A stretch of DNA of 64,000 bases from Vicugna vicugna (taxonomy: Eukaryota): NCBI GenBank assembly GCA_013265495.1, contig MU058287.1:186001-250000 (forward strand), in the 5' to 3' direction. Both the position numbers and the translations under genes were made by a program. The notes beneath the pieces are model-generated. The model was given only the letters and a program-made list of their open reading frames with translations, did no database searches and was not told where the DNA came from. Below are positions 25,871 through 40,222 of the stretch, one piece after another. The stretch's first letter is position 1; every line of letters starts with the position of its first letter.

Positions 25871-28800
25871 GCATAGATTATAGAGGAAGCCTGGAATACT
25901 AAATAAACTGCATGTGGATGACTAGTGGGGGATGAGAGGGAGTTGTAGTCAGATACCAGACCACGAAGCCCTTAGATGCCAAGTTAGGGGAATCTCAGTT
26001 TCATCACGAAGGCATTCAGGAGCCTTTGATGCCTTTGAGAGGCTTTATGTAGATCAAATTTGAAGTTTTGAAAGATTACACTGGCAGCTGTGTGAAGGGT
26101 TGACTGGGGAGGCACAGCGCAAAGAACCCTAGTGTTGTTTCTCAGTCTGTTGCATTTCTCTGTTTCATGAAAGTTTCATATAAACTCCAGCAATTAGTAG
26201 ACAGCTGTTCTCATTTTCAAAGTTTTATGAGTTTTTGTCATTTTTGGGCCTTTATGAGAATTTTAAGGTTAAAGTGGCAGAGGAACTAAAAATATCAGGT
26301 TCCCTTTCTTTCTTTAAAAAAAAAGTATCTGCATTTTGAGTGAGATGCTTCTGGGAAGCCACTCCAGTGCCTGCCTGGCATCTGTCCATGGTGCTTGAGA
26401 GGCAGGGATGGTGTTCTGAAACCACAGAGGCCTCCTAAAGTGCACCTCTGTCCAGGCTTGTGGGGTGGGGGTTGCCAGGGGGGAGTGGGTGTAGACAGTG
26501 TTGCTCAGAGGAGAGGAAAACCTGGACTTTGACAATTTTTCCCACTGTAAAAATAAAACGCTAGGCAATTAATCCGTTCAAAGGTGAAAGACTTCTTTTT
26601 ATGATTGCTTCACACATTGTGCTCACTCATAAAAGAAGAAAAAGTAATTATGCTCTGGAAAGCTGCATGTGGTCTATTCCTGTTGCTTTTGTCAATTGTC
26701 TTCTTTCAAAGGTAGGTTTGAGTGATTAGTGATCTTATTAGATGAGCATCCCTAAGGGGGTTTCCCAAAGAAAAGAGAAAATCCTTGAGATTTTCCCACT
26801 GTGTTGGGATCATCTGATGCCTTTCAGGAACTTTGTCTTAAAAAAGAAAAAAATTTTTTGATTGATTGCTGACTAGGATGTTTTGTCCTTATATGGGAAA
26901 AAAAAATTAATTGCTGGAGAAATTTAGTAGGAAGGGGAAAAAAGAGTCATTCCAACCAGTATCACCTCACTGGGTCCTCCTTTCTCTTAAGTTAGATTTT
27001 TCATGTGTTCTTTTTGGACTGGGGTGAATGAGGATTCCTCACATAGACCCTGATTAAGATCTTTTTATCCGAGAACAGATCCAAATTAGACTCGAGAACC
27101 TAAACCAACGCCATTGATAACAGGGTGAAACAGAAATCCTTGGACCTTGAATTTAGAAAGTGGCCGTTCACGACTTGGGGGAAATATTCCATGATACATA
27201 ACACCAGTGAAGACTGATTGAGGGATGAGGATGAAATGAACTTCAATCAGATTGGCTGAGCACATGGCAAAGGGATTACCCCATGCCAAACTCAAATGCA
27301 CTGCCCTTCCTGGGGGAAAAATATTAATTATTATTCCATACCCCTGTATGCATGCAGTCATTGAGAGCCCATTAAATGTTAGGGTAGGTAGTGTCAGGGA
27401 TTTAAAAATGAGCAGTATATGATGCTGACCTTAGAGGGGCTAAAATTAGTGGCAGAAGTGAGTTAGGGAATGATTACATAGATAGTAAGGTGGTAGAGTA
27501 TGTAGGAGGTGGAACCCCAGAAGAGTGGCTTTGTCTTCAAATGGAATGCTGTGAGGACTTTATTCCATTCAAGAATTTTTAAAATTTTTTTAATAGAATT
27601 CAGTATTTTCCTTCGTCATTGCACATCTGCATCAGGGCATGTGTCATGTGTGGAAGAAGAAAGGAAATCTGCAATTTGTTTGGATACTTTTGCATGTGGT
27701 TTAGCATGTGGCTATATTTTACAAATTAATGGCAGGGTAATATGCTTGAAATATACCAATCTACAGGACATTTCTGATTTGAAGCTAAACCTATACATGA
27801 GAAAGGAAGTGTATCAGATAAGCTCCTGGGATGAAGAACAGGGACCTTTTTCTGCTAAAATGTCTCCCCTATGCTCTCTCCATCTTACTCCCTTCTCCCC
27901 CAACACATTTTTATTTTCTTAAGCCAATAAGCCCAAAAGGAAGTGTGAAGTTTTACCTGCTTGGCATATTTTGGTTTGTTTGATCCTGGGGAGCCTCTGT
28001 GGGCTTCACGGGCTGTGCCAGTCCTCGGGAGTCGAGCGCGTTACGGCTGGTGTCCCTCCTGGTGACCTTCGTGGCCATCTGGGCCGGGACCTGCGTCTGC
28101 CCGCTCAGCCCAGCGGGGCAGGGCCTTGGCGGGAGTTTGCAGATGCTTCCCTCGGACTCCGCTTCCGTGACTCTTGCCATCTGTTGGTAATTTGTCGTTA
28201 TTCTGGAGTCAGGGGTTTTCAAAGGTTTCCATCCCTGGAGTCCCTCCATGGGGTGCACTGTCTGATGGCAGCTTTCTGACACCAGCTTCCCATCCGGTCT
28301 CAAGCCAGACCCCAGCGCTGAGTCAAGCTGCCGTGAATGTAATGATAATGTTCTTTGCACTTTCGAGAGCTTCACACCAAGTTCCTGCCCCCTCTTGAGC
28401 AAGTTACGCTCTTCGTGGGACTTGTTTGAAGTTCAGCCAAGCTGGCAGCCGTGGGGTTCCATTTTTACAAGCTCTAGCAACAGTAGGCTGCAGTCCTTTG
28501 TGTCACCAGGCCATCTGCTTAGCTTTTTCCCTCTTCAAACTGTAAGCAGAATGAGCTACATACACCAAAAATGCACCCCCCTACTAAAACTCATTTGCAT
28601 CAAGTCAACCCAAATGACACTGCTTTGTCTGTTCTAAAACTGTGTTCCTTTCTCATACCTCTTTAAGAAATTTCATTGGCACCAAAAGCATCAACAGTAA
28701 TAATAGTGAATATGTATTGACGGTTTTCTACATACTGGGCACTGTGCTACATGTTTTATGGTCACATGATTCCACTTTATACTCGGAAAAACCCGTTTTT

Positions 28801-29539
28801 GCATATCAGGAAAACGGCGCTCAGACAGGTGAAGTACCTTATCCATGGCCATGCAGCCAGTTAGTGACAATATCTAAATCTAAACCCCACTGCCTGGCGC
28901 CTGAGTGCAGGAGTTTACCTTTTTGCGTGCATTGCCTCCCTCCTTGACATTATTACCCAATGCTTTGAACTTCAGTGCCTTTGACTAATTAATCCCGTGC
29001 TCCTTAAATACAGCATCACACATCCATTATCAACTCCCACTCAGTCATCCACCCAAGAAATATTCATTGAGCATCTGCTGTGTGCCATGCACCAGGCTGG
29101 TTCCTGAGGAGCCAATTATGGAGAAGTCTTGTCTCATGGAGCTTATGATATAGTTCAGGCTACGTTTATTTATTTAACAAACCTTCGTAAGGAACGGTGT
29201 ACAGTCACTGTGCTAGGAACTGGGCCTATGAAGTGAACAACTGTACATCCCTCAGTGGTGTTATGCTCATAGTCAAACTTTCCAGTAGGTCAGGGCTCTC
29301 AGGGAATGACCGTTCCAGGATTATAGGAATCAGAAGAAGTGGGTGCCAGCACTGGTATTTATGATGTAGGTCTTGGCCAAATCATTGAAATGCTCCTTCC
29401 CTTAATTTCTTCATTTCCTGAAGAGATACCATGCACATTTACCTCCAGCTCTGGAAAAATCATCTCTAGTTGAACTCAGCGTTGCAGGAAAGCCGGGGTT
29501 TAGAATTGTGGGGAAAGAGAAAGAGGTATGTCTAGGTTC

Positions 29540-30150
29540 ATGAGAAAAAGCAGGAAAAAAACTTCAAGAAGTCAATTATTCAGAAAGCTTTCGGCTTCAA
29601 CAGAAAACATGACCAATGACTTGAAAAATGAGGACTTTATTTTCTCTCATAGAAGACGTCAAAGGGTAAGTGTTTGTGGTGTGATGTCAGTTGCTCAGCA
29701 GTGCCACCAGGACCTCGTTCCTTCTAGGGTTCCCATCTGCCACCCTTTCTGAGTTGGCCTTCCGTCCTCAAAGTTAGCGCCTCATGGTTCCAGTGTGGTT
29801 CCAGTTGTTTCTGGGATTATTTTCCCATAATGGCAGCCAGGGCAGAGAGGAAGCCGCAGGAGAGCAAGCCTTTCTCCCTGCTGTGGCGCTGCTGTGAGAG
29901 TGCTTGTTCTCGGGCCCTGTGCTCACTCCGCGCGGACCTGTGCGGACGTCAGCGCTGGTCCGCAGAGCCCCGTCTGAGTGTCCGATTGAAAGGACTCCCA
30001 TGTTATTCCTCAGGAGGAAACGTCAGACACTCCTGTTTGCTCTTCGCTGGTGACGCTCCTCAGATTTCTGTAGATTTTCCTCCACCAGCACTGACTGACC
30101 TGACGTCTGCAGGGAGAACCTCCATCTGTCCTTGGAAGGCATGAGAAAAA
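29540..30150. mobile_element. Old MaLR LTR (MLT1J/K-like), degraded
   Basis: 'gaggactttattttctctcatag', 'cagttgctcagcagtgccaccaggacc', 'cataatggcagccagg'. Confidence 0.45.
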
Positions 30151-33100
30151 TAATCTGAAAAAAACAACACACAAGAACAAAACCCCACAGCCTCTACGCT
30201 TGACCCTAGGCCGGGCAGAAAGTAAGTGCTGAAGTTACTTTTATCAGAGTCAAGAGAGCTGCTGAAAGAGACAGGCCCTGAGCATACACTCAGAAACCCT
30301 GTTTTGGCCCAGAACTAGTCCACGTCCCTCGGGGAGCCCGGCCCTCGTGAATGACACTGCGCCCTGGTAGAGTCACACGGCGCCCTTTGACCCCGCGGCC
30401 CGTATCCCTGACTCAGACCAAACCTACTGGACAACTTTTCCCTTGGGCCCAAGCTCAAATTTGGCTCTCAGGGTCTTCCCACTTCTGGGATGAGGTATTA
30501 AAAGACAAACAGAAGGGAAGGAGCGAGGCGAAGAGAGTGTACTCACATGCAGCCGTGTGGTTACACCCTCTGTCAAGCCCTCCACTTTCTATTTCATTTC
30601 CTTTTATTTTTATTTCACAAATATTTTCACTGTGCTTATTGTGTGTCACGGACAAACAAATTCCTCATGACAACTCTGTGAGGCGGTTTCTGTAGTTCTT
30701 CCTGTTTTATAGATGAGGAAACCCCAGAGCATTTAAGCAGTAGTTCGAGGTCACACAGCCAGGTTTTTCTCCATGTCAGTGACTCTCCTCCTCGGGGGTG
30801 AAAAGGAAAGGAGAGGGAAGGGCTGAGAATGAGTGGGAGGAACAGCAGTGTGAGAACTGAGCCTCAGTCTGGGAGAAACCAGGCTGCTGACAGGAGAAAG
30901 CAGCCAGAGCTCAGAAGTAACAAAAAGCGATCTACTCATCATGAGGGAAAACAAACTTAAGTCTGAGTGATGTAATATGAGGAAATAGAACCAAAATCAC
31001 ATGCATATCAAAACCAAATTCACATCAAAGGATGTGGTGCTACGTCCGTAGCAATAGCAATAAAAATGAAACGGCTGTGCTGTCTTGAATCTCTGTTACA
31101 TGGCAGCTTAGGTATGTAACTTTGCTTAATTTTACAGTCCTAGAGAAAGACAGTATTAGCTGCATCTTTCAGATGAAAAAGTTAATAAAGGTAAAAAGAG
31201 ATATAATCACTTGGTCATAATCTCAACAACTACCGATTGGCAGAGCCAGAATTTCTATCCAGTTTTATCTTGACACCAAGTCATAGGCTGTTTTCACTCA
31301 TCCACACTGTCAAAGTTAGTGTCCTAGTGACCCCCATGCCATTGGGGAGGGGGTTAGGGGAACCCTAAATCTGTGTGCCAAGTCACTATGTGTCCAAGAA
31401 GCCCCAGAACTATGGCACCCACAGATAAAAGTAAACCAGTCGTTTGTTTGTTTGTTTTCCATTGGAAAAACCCAAGAAAGATAAACCTAGCCCTTCATTA
31501 ACTACATGCAGAACACTTCTATTTCCTAGAGGTGGTAACATCTTAGGTATCTTGCAAGAAGAGTGTGCTACACGATGGCTGAGAATCCCTCACTGAAACT
31601 CCGGGGACATCTGTCTCTCCTACACCAGGTTGCATGTGGTCTGTGGAAGGTGAAGTGTTACTGAGCCTCATGCTGATCTGATACCCTGGATGGATGACCC
31701 ACTGGAGTTAGGGGCTTCTGCCAACAATATTTCCATCCTAGATCTGAACAGAGTCTGTTGGCAGATAGAGCTGGTCCCTGAGACCAGACCGGAGAGTGTT
31801 TGCATTACCCCACTGGGCTTATGTAAATTCTCTTCTGTTTACAATCATCTTCCTTCCAGCTCCTTTTCAGTCTTCGATAAATAATCAGTTGATTGTGTGG
31901 GAACATTCCCAGTTGCCTATGTAGATGCTAAAGCCTTCTTGAGTGCAGAATTGGAATTCCAGCTAGGATATTCACAGTGTATCTAAAGCAATTCAGGAAG
32001 ATAGTAAAAGCCAGATAATTCCAGGATGGTTCATCAGGAGCGATATTCTTGGAATGCCAAGTGAAATTGTGAAAATAGCATTGATAGGAGTTTTGAGGAA
32101 AAAACAAGAAAGAAAGAAGCTCGTGCATTCTCGGAATTGACAAAGGTACTTCCCCATAATTATATACTTGCTTGGAACCCTAGTCTTAGCTCTCTTTGAA
32201 TGACCTCCCAGTTAAAAATCACCAGATAAAGTATCCTAGATTCCAAAATGCCAGGAATCTTTTGACCAGGTGAAGTCTCACCTTTCAAGATATCTGATGT
32301 TAAGTCACCCCAGATCAACCTGTACATTTTATTTGGTAACATAGGTATTGTTATATACAGGACCGTGGAGGAAGGAGACTTACTGTAACCTGTTTAAGAA
32401 GAGAAATAATTTTATATTGCCGTCTGGCTATGGTTCAGAACTATTGCCCTGGACTACTGCCTTACTATCACTGAGGGTCGGATAGGAAAAGAAATCCTCT
32501 GTGGTGTATGAGGTTGAGGAGGGAGAACACAGCAACGAGTATTTGTAATCCGTTCTTTCCAAACTCATCTGTGACTAGATTTCCAATCAGTTTGAAGCAG
32601 AAAGCATTCTCCATCCACACTGCAGACGTTATCAAGCCGCAGCTGTATGGGAAAGCACTCAACTCGCCCCTCTTGCTCCCAACACAGACATAGCTAATCA
32701 ATCACAGCACTCTTCACTGCCAAGCCAGCGTTTGGCATCAAAATCCTCCTCACCCCCGTGCTCCTAGCAGGTCCTCTCAAGCTGTGACAGTTGGCACACG
32801 AGTTGAAACCTGCTTACTTTCTCTGGTCAGTGCTGGTGATGCAAACATGGATAAAACATAGCACCTGACCTCAAACAGCGCAGAGGGAAACAGATCTAGC
32901 AACAGCGACTTGTAGCATTTCAAGAGGGAATGAAAGAACTGCACATTTAATGGTATGGGACATGAAGGAAGAGTAACTTTCTATTCCTGAAGGAGTGTTT
33001 GCCGGAAGAAATGAACATGAATGAAACTGGAAGGAAGAGAGAGTCCACGTCTCAGTCCAGATGGCATAGGCACGGGACTCTTGATCTGTGACGGTGCTTT

Positions 33101-35589
33101 CTCAGTCTCGGGTCTGAGTAGGGGAAGGGCAAGGCTGTGAGGGTGAGGGGCACACCCACCATGCCTAGGGAGCTGTCCCTCCTTGATTGCCAGGTAGCTG
33201 TTAAGGATTTTTCTTGTAGAAAAAAATTCCCAGTCTGTGGCACGGGGATCCCTTAGGGGCATGAAATTATTACAAGGGCTCCATGAATTCACAGCACACT
33301 GAGTAGCCTCTGAAAACATAGTAAATATGTCACATAGTTGCGTATTCTTAGAACGTCACTGCTAAGAACACACATTGTGCTTGGAGCAGAAGATACAGGG
33401 GAAAGAAGGCTTGTCATCCTCAGCAGTTTAATCTGAAGTCCACACAATGAATATAGAGGTACTGGCTGGAGAATTGATTTCATTGTGAAAATGTGCTTCC
33501 TATGCAAGCTGGGAGAATGTGGAGAGTTCAGAAAAATCCTGTTATCTGCTCCGGTGCTTTTATGATGTTTTACGTGGTCAGGTTAATCCTACTGTTTTTT
33601 TGTTTTTGGTTTTTTTTGGACAAATACATAAATTCAGCTAGGATACATAAGCTCGTAGCATATGTTACCATTGAAGCCTTTTCCTGACAAGCCAGAGTGA
33701 ACTTAGGTTCATTCTCCAAGAAATCATTATATTTGAATAAATACTCTATAAAGGAAATATGCTCAGCCAGTAATCTGACTGATAGTTCAACCTTGGAAGA
33801 AGAAACAGTCTGTAACACTGTTATCACTAAATTAGCATCATTAAGGATCAGCAACCATTATCATTTTTAGTTGAGGGTCGTACCTCTCAAAGCCCAGTTA
33901 ATGAACAAGGCTTCTGGGTTTATCCATCAAAACATTGAACATTAGCCAGTCCTCACTACCCAACTTAATATTATAATAATCTCTTACATTTGTATAGGGC
34001 AATTGGTAAAGCATTTTCTCTCATGTACGTTGTATCATTCAAATCTCACAATAACCATTCAGGGAGATGGAAAGTTATTATTAAGTCTATTTTAGTGGCA
34101 AGTACTGCCATTATCCTAGGTCTGGATTTTCTTTTTTAACAAATCCCTATATAAACAAAATGAAACAGAGGATTTAATAATTATCTTCAATGAGAATTTC
34201 GGGAGAATTAAGCATACTAGCTCGTTCCCATCCCATGTCAGTTAAATCATAGGAGGGCTGTGCAGGGATTACAAAAGCCCTTTAATACTTTTTAAGGTGG
34301 ATAGGCACTCCAAAGACGAACCAAGTGAACCTAGTAACAAATTGGGTCCCATGGCAACCAGGCAGCATGCAATTTGAGGAATTATCCCAACGTGAAACAT
34401 TGCTATTAATAGCATGTTTTCTGAAGTACAGAGTGTACCCCAGAAAGCATGAAAAACAAAGTCAAATTTGCAAGAAATTGAAGACAAAGGAAGGAAGTTA
34501 AAATGAACAAGACAGGGGAGGGGTGCTGGTTGCCGAGGAGAGGTGAAATAGCGGTGTGTAATGAGTACGACCCACCAAAGGAGAGAAATTGCAGGATTTG
34601 TTAACAGTTCTTTTTCTAGACGACTTTTTGATACGTGCAGCAACAAACTGTACTGAAACGGCATCTGTTTATACAAAAGTAGTGGGGAAAAAAAAAGAAA
34701 ACAAAGAAAAAGAACACAGCTTCCAGAGAAGATTTTAAGTGTGTAGAATTCCATGATGATTTCATTTCTCCCCCTGAGGGTTCAACACTAAATTTACTGC
34801 TTCTTTCATTTTATAGATACTATAATGGAATTTGATACACTCTAATTCAGAAACTAAAATGTTTATTCATTTCATATGTCAGTACAAAATCCAATCAAGA
34901 AAAAAAATTGCCCCTCCCAAAGCTACAATCATACAGAATGATAATTGCTCTGAAAAGAAACAAACACATTTGGGATGAGGGTTGCTCTTCTTTGCTATTA
35001 GCCAATGAAGCAGTTTCAAAAGTGGGACGCTTCATCTACGTTTTCCCTGCAGAATTGTGTGAGTGTTTCTATGCTGCAAGGAAAAATACTGAGAACTTAA
35101 GAGCTGTGGTTCTCGTTTATTGATCACTTTGCCTGGGGGCTTGCAGACATCGTCTGTAATCATAGCAATACGGACCATGAATACCCTCAACAGAGGTACC
35201 TTATGGGGCAGTCGAGCTTATCAGCTGGACGTATAGGCTTTCAAGAAAGAAAATTAATTAATTAATTAGGAAAGAAAGAAAGAAATATGGGTCTGTGTTC
35301 AAGTCACAAAGATCAGAGTTTAAGTCCTAGCTTCATTCACCGACTTAACTTAGGTAACCCTTCTAAGTTTCATTCAGTTTCCTCAAAGCATTAGTTGGGA
35401 ATTAAATGAGATAATCCGTTTGAGCCATGCAATACAGAGGCAGGCATATAGTATGTGTTCATTTAAAACATGACTTATAAATATATGTGAAATTTATAGC
35501 ATAGTAGCCAAGAGTTACTGAACAATATATATACCATGCCCTGTCAAAACATGTCACATGTCAAAACTCATGTAATCTTTTCAACAACT

Positions 35590-36182
35590 GTAGGAGGGAA
35601 TGCAAAAGATTCAGCCAATGGTGAGAGTTAGCCAGCTACAAAGTTAGAGGAAACAGTGTTCACACAAGACCAGCCTCACCACTGACCTCAGCTGCAAGTT
35701 CAGGAAACCATCCTCAGTTTCAAAAATCTGCTAGAAGAACTCACAGAACTCAGCTGAATGCTGTTACACTCATGCTTGTGGTTAATTACAAGACAAGGAC
35801 ACACATGAAAATCAGCCAAGGGAGAGGCACACAGAGCAGAGTTCACGATGGACCACGAGGGGGGACTCCTGTTGGCTGGTGCCAACGGAGCACTGCCAAC
35901 CAGAAAAGCTCACGTCAGCCTTTGGTGTTCAGGCTTTTACTGGGGCTCAATCACATACTGCCTGCATGGCTGACCTTCAGTCTCCAGTCCTTTCTAGGGT
36001 CAGACCTGCTACCACGTGACCCAAAGCCCCCATCATAAAATCACATTGTTAGACTGGTGGCCAAAGCTCACAGGCAAACAAAGACACTCCCCTCAGGCAG
36101 GACATTCCAGGGGTCTAGAAGCACCTCCTAGGAGCTGAGAGCTAAGACCAGACCTCTCTTTACGTAGGTGAATTTTTCACTA
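35590..36182. mobile_element. MER21-like LTR inserted in a MIR
   Basis: 'tgctagaagaactcacagaactcagc', 'atcagccaaggggagaggcacacag', 'caggcaggacattccaggggtctag'; MIR sequence resumes at ~36190. Confidence 0.75.
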
Positions 36183-38934
36183 GGAATATTCTCATTTTGT
36201 AGATGAAGAAACTGAAACACAGGGAGGTTAAGAAACTTGCCTAAGAGCTCCCAGCTGGTAAGTGGGAGAGCCAGGATTCAACTCCAGGCATTCTTTCTCA
36301 GGGATCTGTAAATGCTACTTCTTGCTTCCTGCTGGTGTGTTCATTGACTCTACTGAGATCAGAATGCTGATAAATTTTGGGGTCTGGATTTGAACTTGAG
36401 TGTCTCTGATTCAAAAGTTCTTGGTTTCCCTGTGTTCCTCTGGCTTTTCCTTGCTAAAACATGAGAACCCCACTGACCACTGTCTGAAAGACTCTTCCTT
36501 GGCTTCTTACACCCCTGAAAGCAGGTAAAGTTGCTACTAAACCTCCCTGAGTTCCTTCTCTGGCGCGTGCAGTCATGGTGAGCATCAGTGTCTGTCTCAG
36601 TAGGGACGTGCTCCCTGGTGGCTCCCCAGGAGTGTCATATAACTATGAAGGGTCAATGGAGTTTTTCTGAGCCCTGAAAATAATATTATCTACGAAGCTG
36701 ATAATTCTGCATAATTTGTACAGAGAAAAAAAAATGTGCTACTGTTCTTACCAAAATATGCATATAATTTTAAAGCCAAGGGAAGGAATTTCAGTCATGT
36801 GCTTCAAGTGTCTTCATGAAAGCAGTGTTAGAGCCTCCTGTTTGCGGGCAGAACAGCACCAGGGCACATGTAAGACCGTGCTCCCTCACCTGTTCTTGGA
36901 GGCACAGTTTGATGTCTTGGGAGCCTGTCTCCAGTACCCTGAAATTGAAGATGTAATTATAGGTCCCAAGCTACAGCTTGTTTCTTTAAAACCCTACCTC
37001 CCGGTTGCTTGTCAGGCCCGGCAGGTTTTGAGGGGAGTGGTGGGAGGAGATTCGTACCCCACCACCCTCCGAGAAGAGCTTTTCCGAGTAACCACTGCAA
37101 ACAGAGAGGGATCATTGATGTAAACCAAAGAGGCGGGCATCTCCCACCCACAAATGAGCCATGCAACGGACACAGCCCGCTCATCACCAAGACAGGAGTC
37201 AAGCTACGTGAGTCTGGTCGACTGAACTTGAATTCAGGCAAAAAGTAGGTGCACTCCACTGCCTACTTCCTACAACTCCCATCAGTTAGTTGTAGTCCTC
37301 ATTCATCAGAATCTCCCAGGGTAAGACATAAACAACTATGTATATTTTTAAAGTTCCACAGAGACTCTGAGGCACAGCAAATGTCAAGAGTGTAATCGAT
37401 CTGAAATGCTGCTGCCACTGAAAAACTGAGATTTGCAGGACATGTGAAACAGGACAGCCTCTCATCTCATACTCATTTTCAGATCTAAGGCAGGTTCATC
37501 CTTTAAAGGGAAATGAAATGACCAACCCCCACTTATATTTAATTTTGGTTTGTAAGAGGGACTGTTCGTGTTAATTGAGAGTTAAGCACATAATTATATA
37601 GTATGCATATTTCTAAAATTAGGGCAATTGTACCACAAAGTAATTTAATTGTCATTTAGAAATGCATTGCAGTTGTAAAAGTGTTTTCACACTAGATGTT
37701 AATGCCCACAACTGAAGGAAATCCTAAAGCCACTCCCAGGTATGGAGATGTCCCTTAACTGGTGTTTCTTCTTTAGGGACAAAGGGTTGGTTTGAAGCTA
37801 TTTCTTCCGTACACTCTCAGTATCACAGTGATGGAATAACCAGTTATTCACTATTTATGGACACTAGTGGGATATGCAGGCTGGGTTTCAAGTTCTTTTG
37901 CACGGATGTAGTGGGAGGGTACACAGGGAAGTGAGGCAAGACATAAAACCAGCTGGGCAGCCTCACAGCCAGGGGGCACAGAGACGCGGGCATTTGTCAT
38001 CGTTCGGACCAGGACTGGATGGTGGTTCTTTTCATCTGACGGTAGTTCTTTTCATCTGGCGGCAGTTCTAGAAACCCAACAGCAACTCTGATAGCTTCCC
38101 AAGTTCAATACTCAGCTCCTCCATCTCTACTCCTCTCTCTACCGGCTTGGACATCCTATTCCGTGACCGGCGTGTGGTTTCTGCGGCTGCTGCAGACAAC
38201 CTCTGCGTTTCATAGCTTCTGTTTACCTGGAGCTTCTACTAGCTCATGGCTCCTGCTCCCTGCTTTCCTCCTGTGTCTCTTGCTTCAGCCCGCTCTACTG
38301 TTTGTTGGTGCTCTTTGTGTGTCTTCTGTAGAAAGCCTCCAAAAGAAAGACGGGTCAGCGGTCAGGATCCCCTCTGATGCACCTCTATTGGGTATACATT
38401 GCACCAAGCGGGTCACCAAAAGGCTCACTGACTGCCTGCAGCGGGTCGTCTTTGGATCCACCACTGGGTCTAGGTCCAGCTAGCTCCGACCAGGGAAGCA
38501 GAGGCATGGGATGTACAGCATGGCAAGCCGTGCGTGATCAATCCCACAGGAAAAGGAGACTGTGAGCATGGCAGGCACCCTAAGGGTGTCTCAGGAGCAC
38601 TGTGCTGTCCAGACCAAGGCGAGCCACAGCAGTGCCCCTGCGAGCTGAGGCCCTGGCCTGGTCCCCTTTCAGGCTTAGCTCTCTGTGTGCCCTGCACCCA
38701 GGCCCTGGGGTTCAGTCACTCTTCTCCATGAAAGTGCTCCCCTGTGTCTTCTTTCCCATCCAGGCTGGCTCTCAAATAGGAAGCAGCTCTTCCTGTTTTT
38801 CTGCCCCTTCACCCTGCCCCGAAAGAACCACACAGCTTTTCTGTTTTAAGTGTTTTCCTAATTATTCTGGTTTGAGTATGGAATAACTAGAATGCCAAAT
38901 ATTAGGGAACTTATAACATCTCAAAAGAGTTCCA

Positions 38935-39408
38935 TGTGTAGCTTAGATTGAAATGTAAAAATTTTTGACCGAAAAAAAAATATGTCCACATCTTGATCTC
39001 CAGAACCTGTGAATATGACTTATTATGGCAAAGCAGTGATTGTTACCTTACATGGCAAAAAGGTATGACTAGTGAAGGATCTGGAAAGGAGGAGCTTATC
39101 CTGGGTCACAGCCATCCTCATGTGAGAAAGGCAGAGGGGGATCAGACAGAACACGGAAGAGGAGGAGGCAGTATGACCACAGAGGCAGAGGTTGGAGAGA
39201 TGTAACCACAAACCAGGGAATGTCGGCAGCCTCTCCATGTTGGATGAGGCAAGGAAGGGTTCTCCCCTAGAGTCTTCGGAAGGATTACATCCCTGCTGAC
39301 ACTTTAATTTCAGGTTCCTAGCCTCTAGGACTGTGAGAGAATAAAGGTTTGTAGTTTTAAATTATCCAGTTTATGGTACTCTTTATAGAAGCCCTAGGAC
39401 TCTGACAC
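38935..39408 (+). mobile_element. MaLR solo LTR (MLT1C-like)
   Basis: 'cagaacctgtgaatatgac', 'accacagaggcagaggttggagagatg', 'aggcaaggaagggttctcccctagag', 'ggactgtgagagaataaa'. Confidence 0.85.
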
Positions 39409-40222
39409 ATATACTGTCTGTCTGAAGTGTTCCGTGGAAGTCCCCAGAATTGTCTTGAGACCCAGTCTATCTGATGCTACTTGACTGCAGACCGGAGTGG
39501 CTTGTGGCCTGAGGTGGGTTCAGGATAGCGCCATGACTGGGTCTGCTCAGGTAGCTGGTCTGCAGGCTTCGTGAAAATGGAACTGGTCTGCACGTTAAAT
39601 GTGCTTAATAACTATTGAATGAATGAATGCACTCTCTGCCTTTCTTCTAATCATTTTTGGTTTTTTGTTTGGGGGTTATTTTGTTTGTTTGTTTTTCTGG
39701 TTCTATGAGCCCAAATGACTCTTCTGGCCTCAGTTGGCCCTGCACTTTAAAGCTGCAACTTTTCTAGCCTTTTTTCTCCATCCCATCCTGGTCCGTGGCC
39801 TTTTACAGTTCTTCCCATCATTCTTCCTTCCAACATTTATGTACGCACTCTGCATTAGAAAGGCATTCTGCCCTTCCTTTTGTTCCCTTTAAGTCAAGCA
39901 GACTATTTTTCATGAAATAAGCCTCATTACAGATAGACCTTGCTTCATTGCACTTTGCTTTATTGCTCTTTGCAGATACTGCATTTTTTACAAATTGAAG
40001 GTTTGTGGCCACCCTGCATCCAGCAAGTCTGTTGGCGCCATTTTCCTAAAAACATTTGCTTATTTTGTATCTCTGTATCACATTTTGGTAATTCTCACAA
40101 TATTTCAAACTTTTTCATTATTATTATATTTGTTTTGGTAATCTGTGATCTGTGACCTCTAATGTTACTTTTATGGCTCCCTGAAGGCTCCGGTGATGGT
40201 TAGCATTTTTAGCAATGAAATC

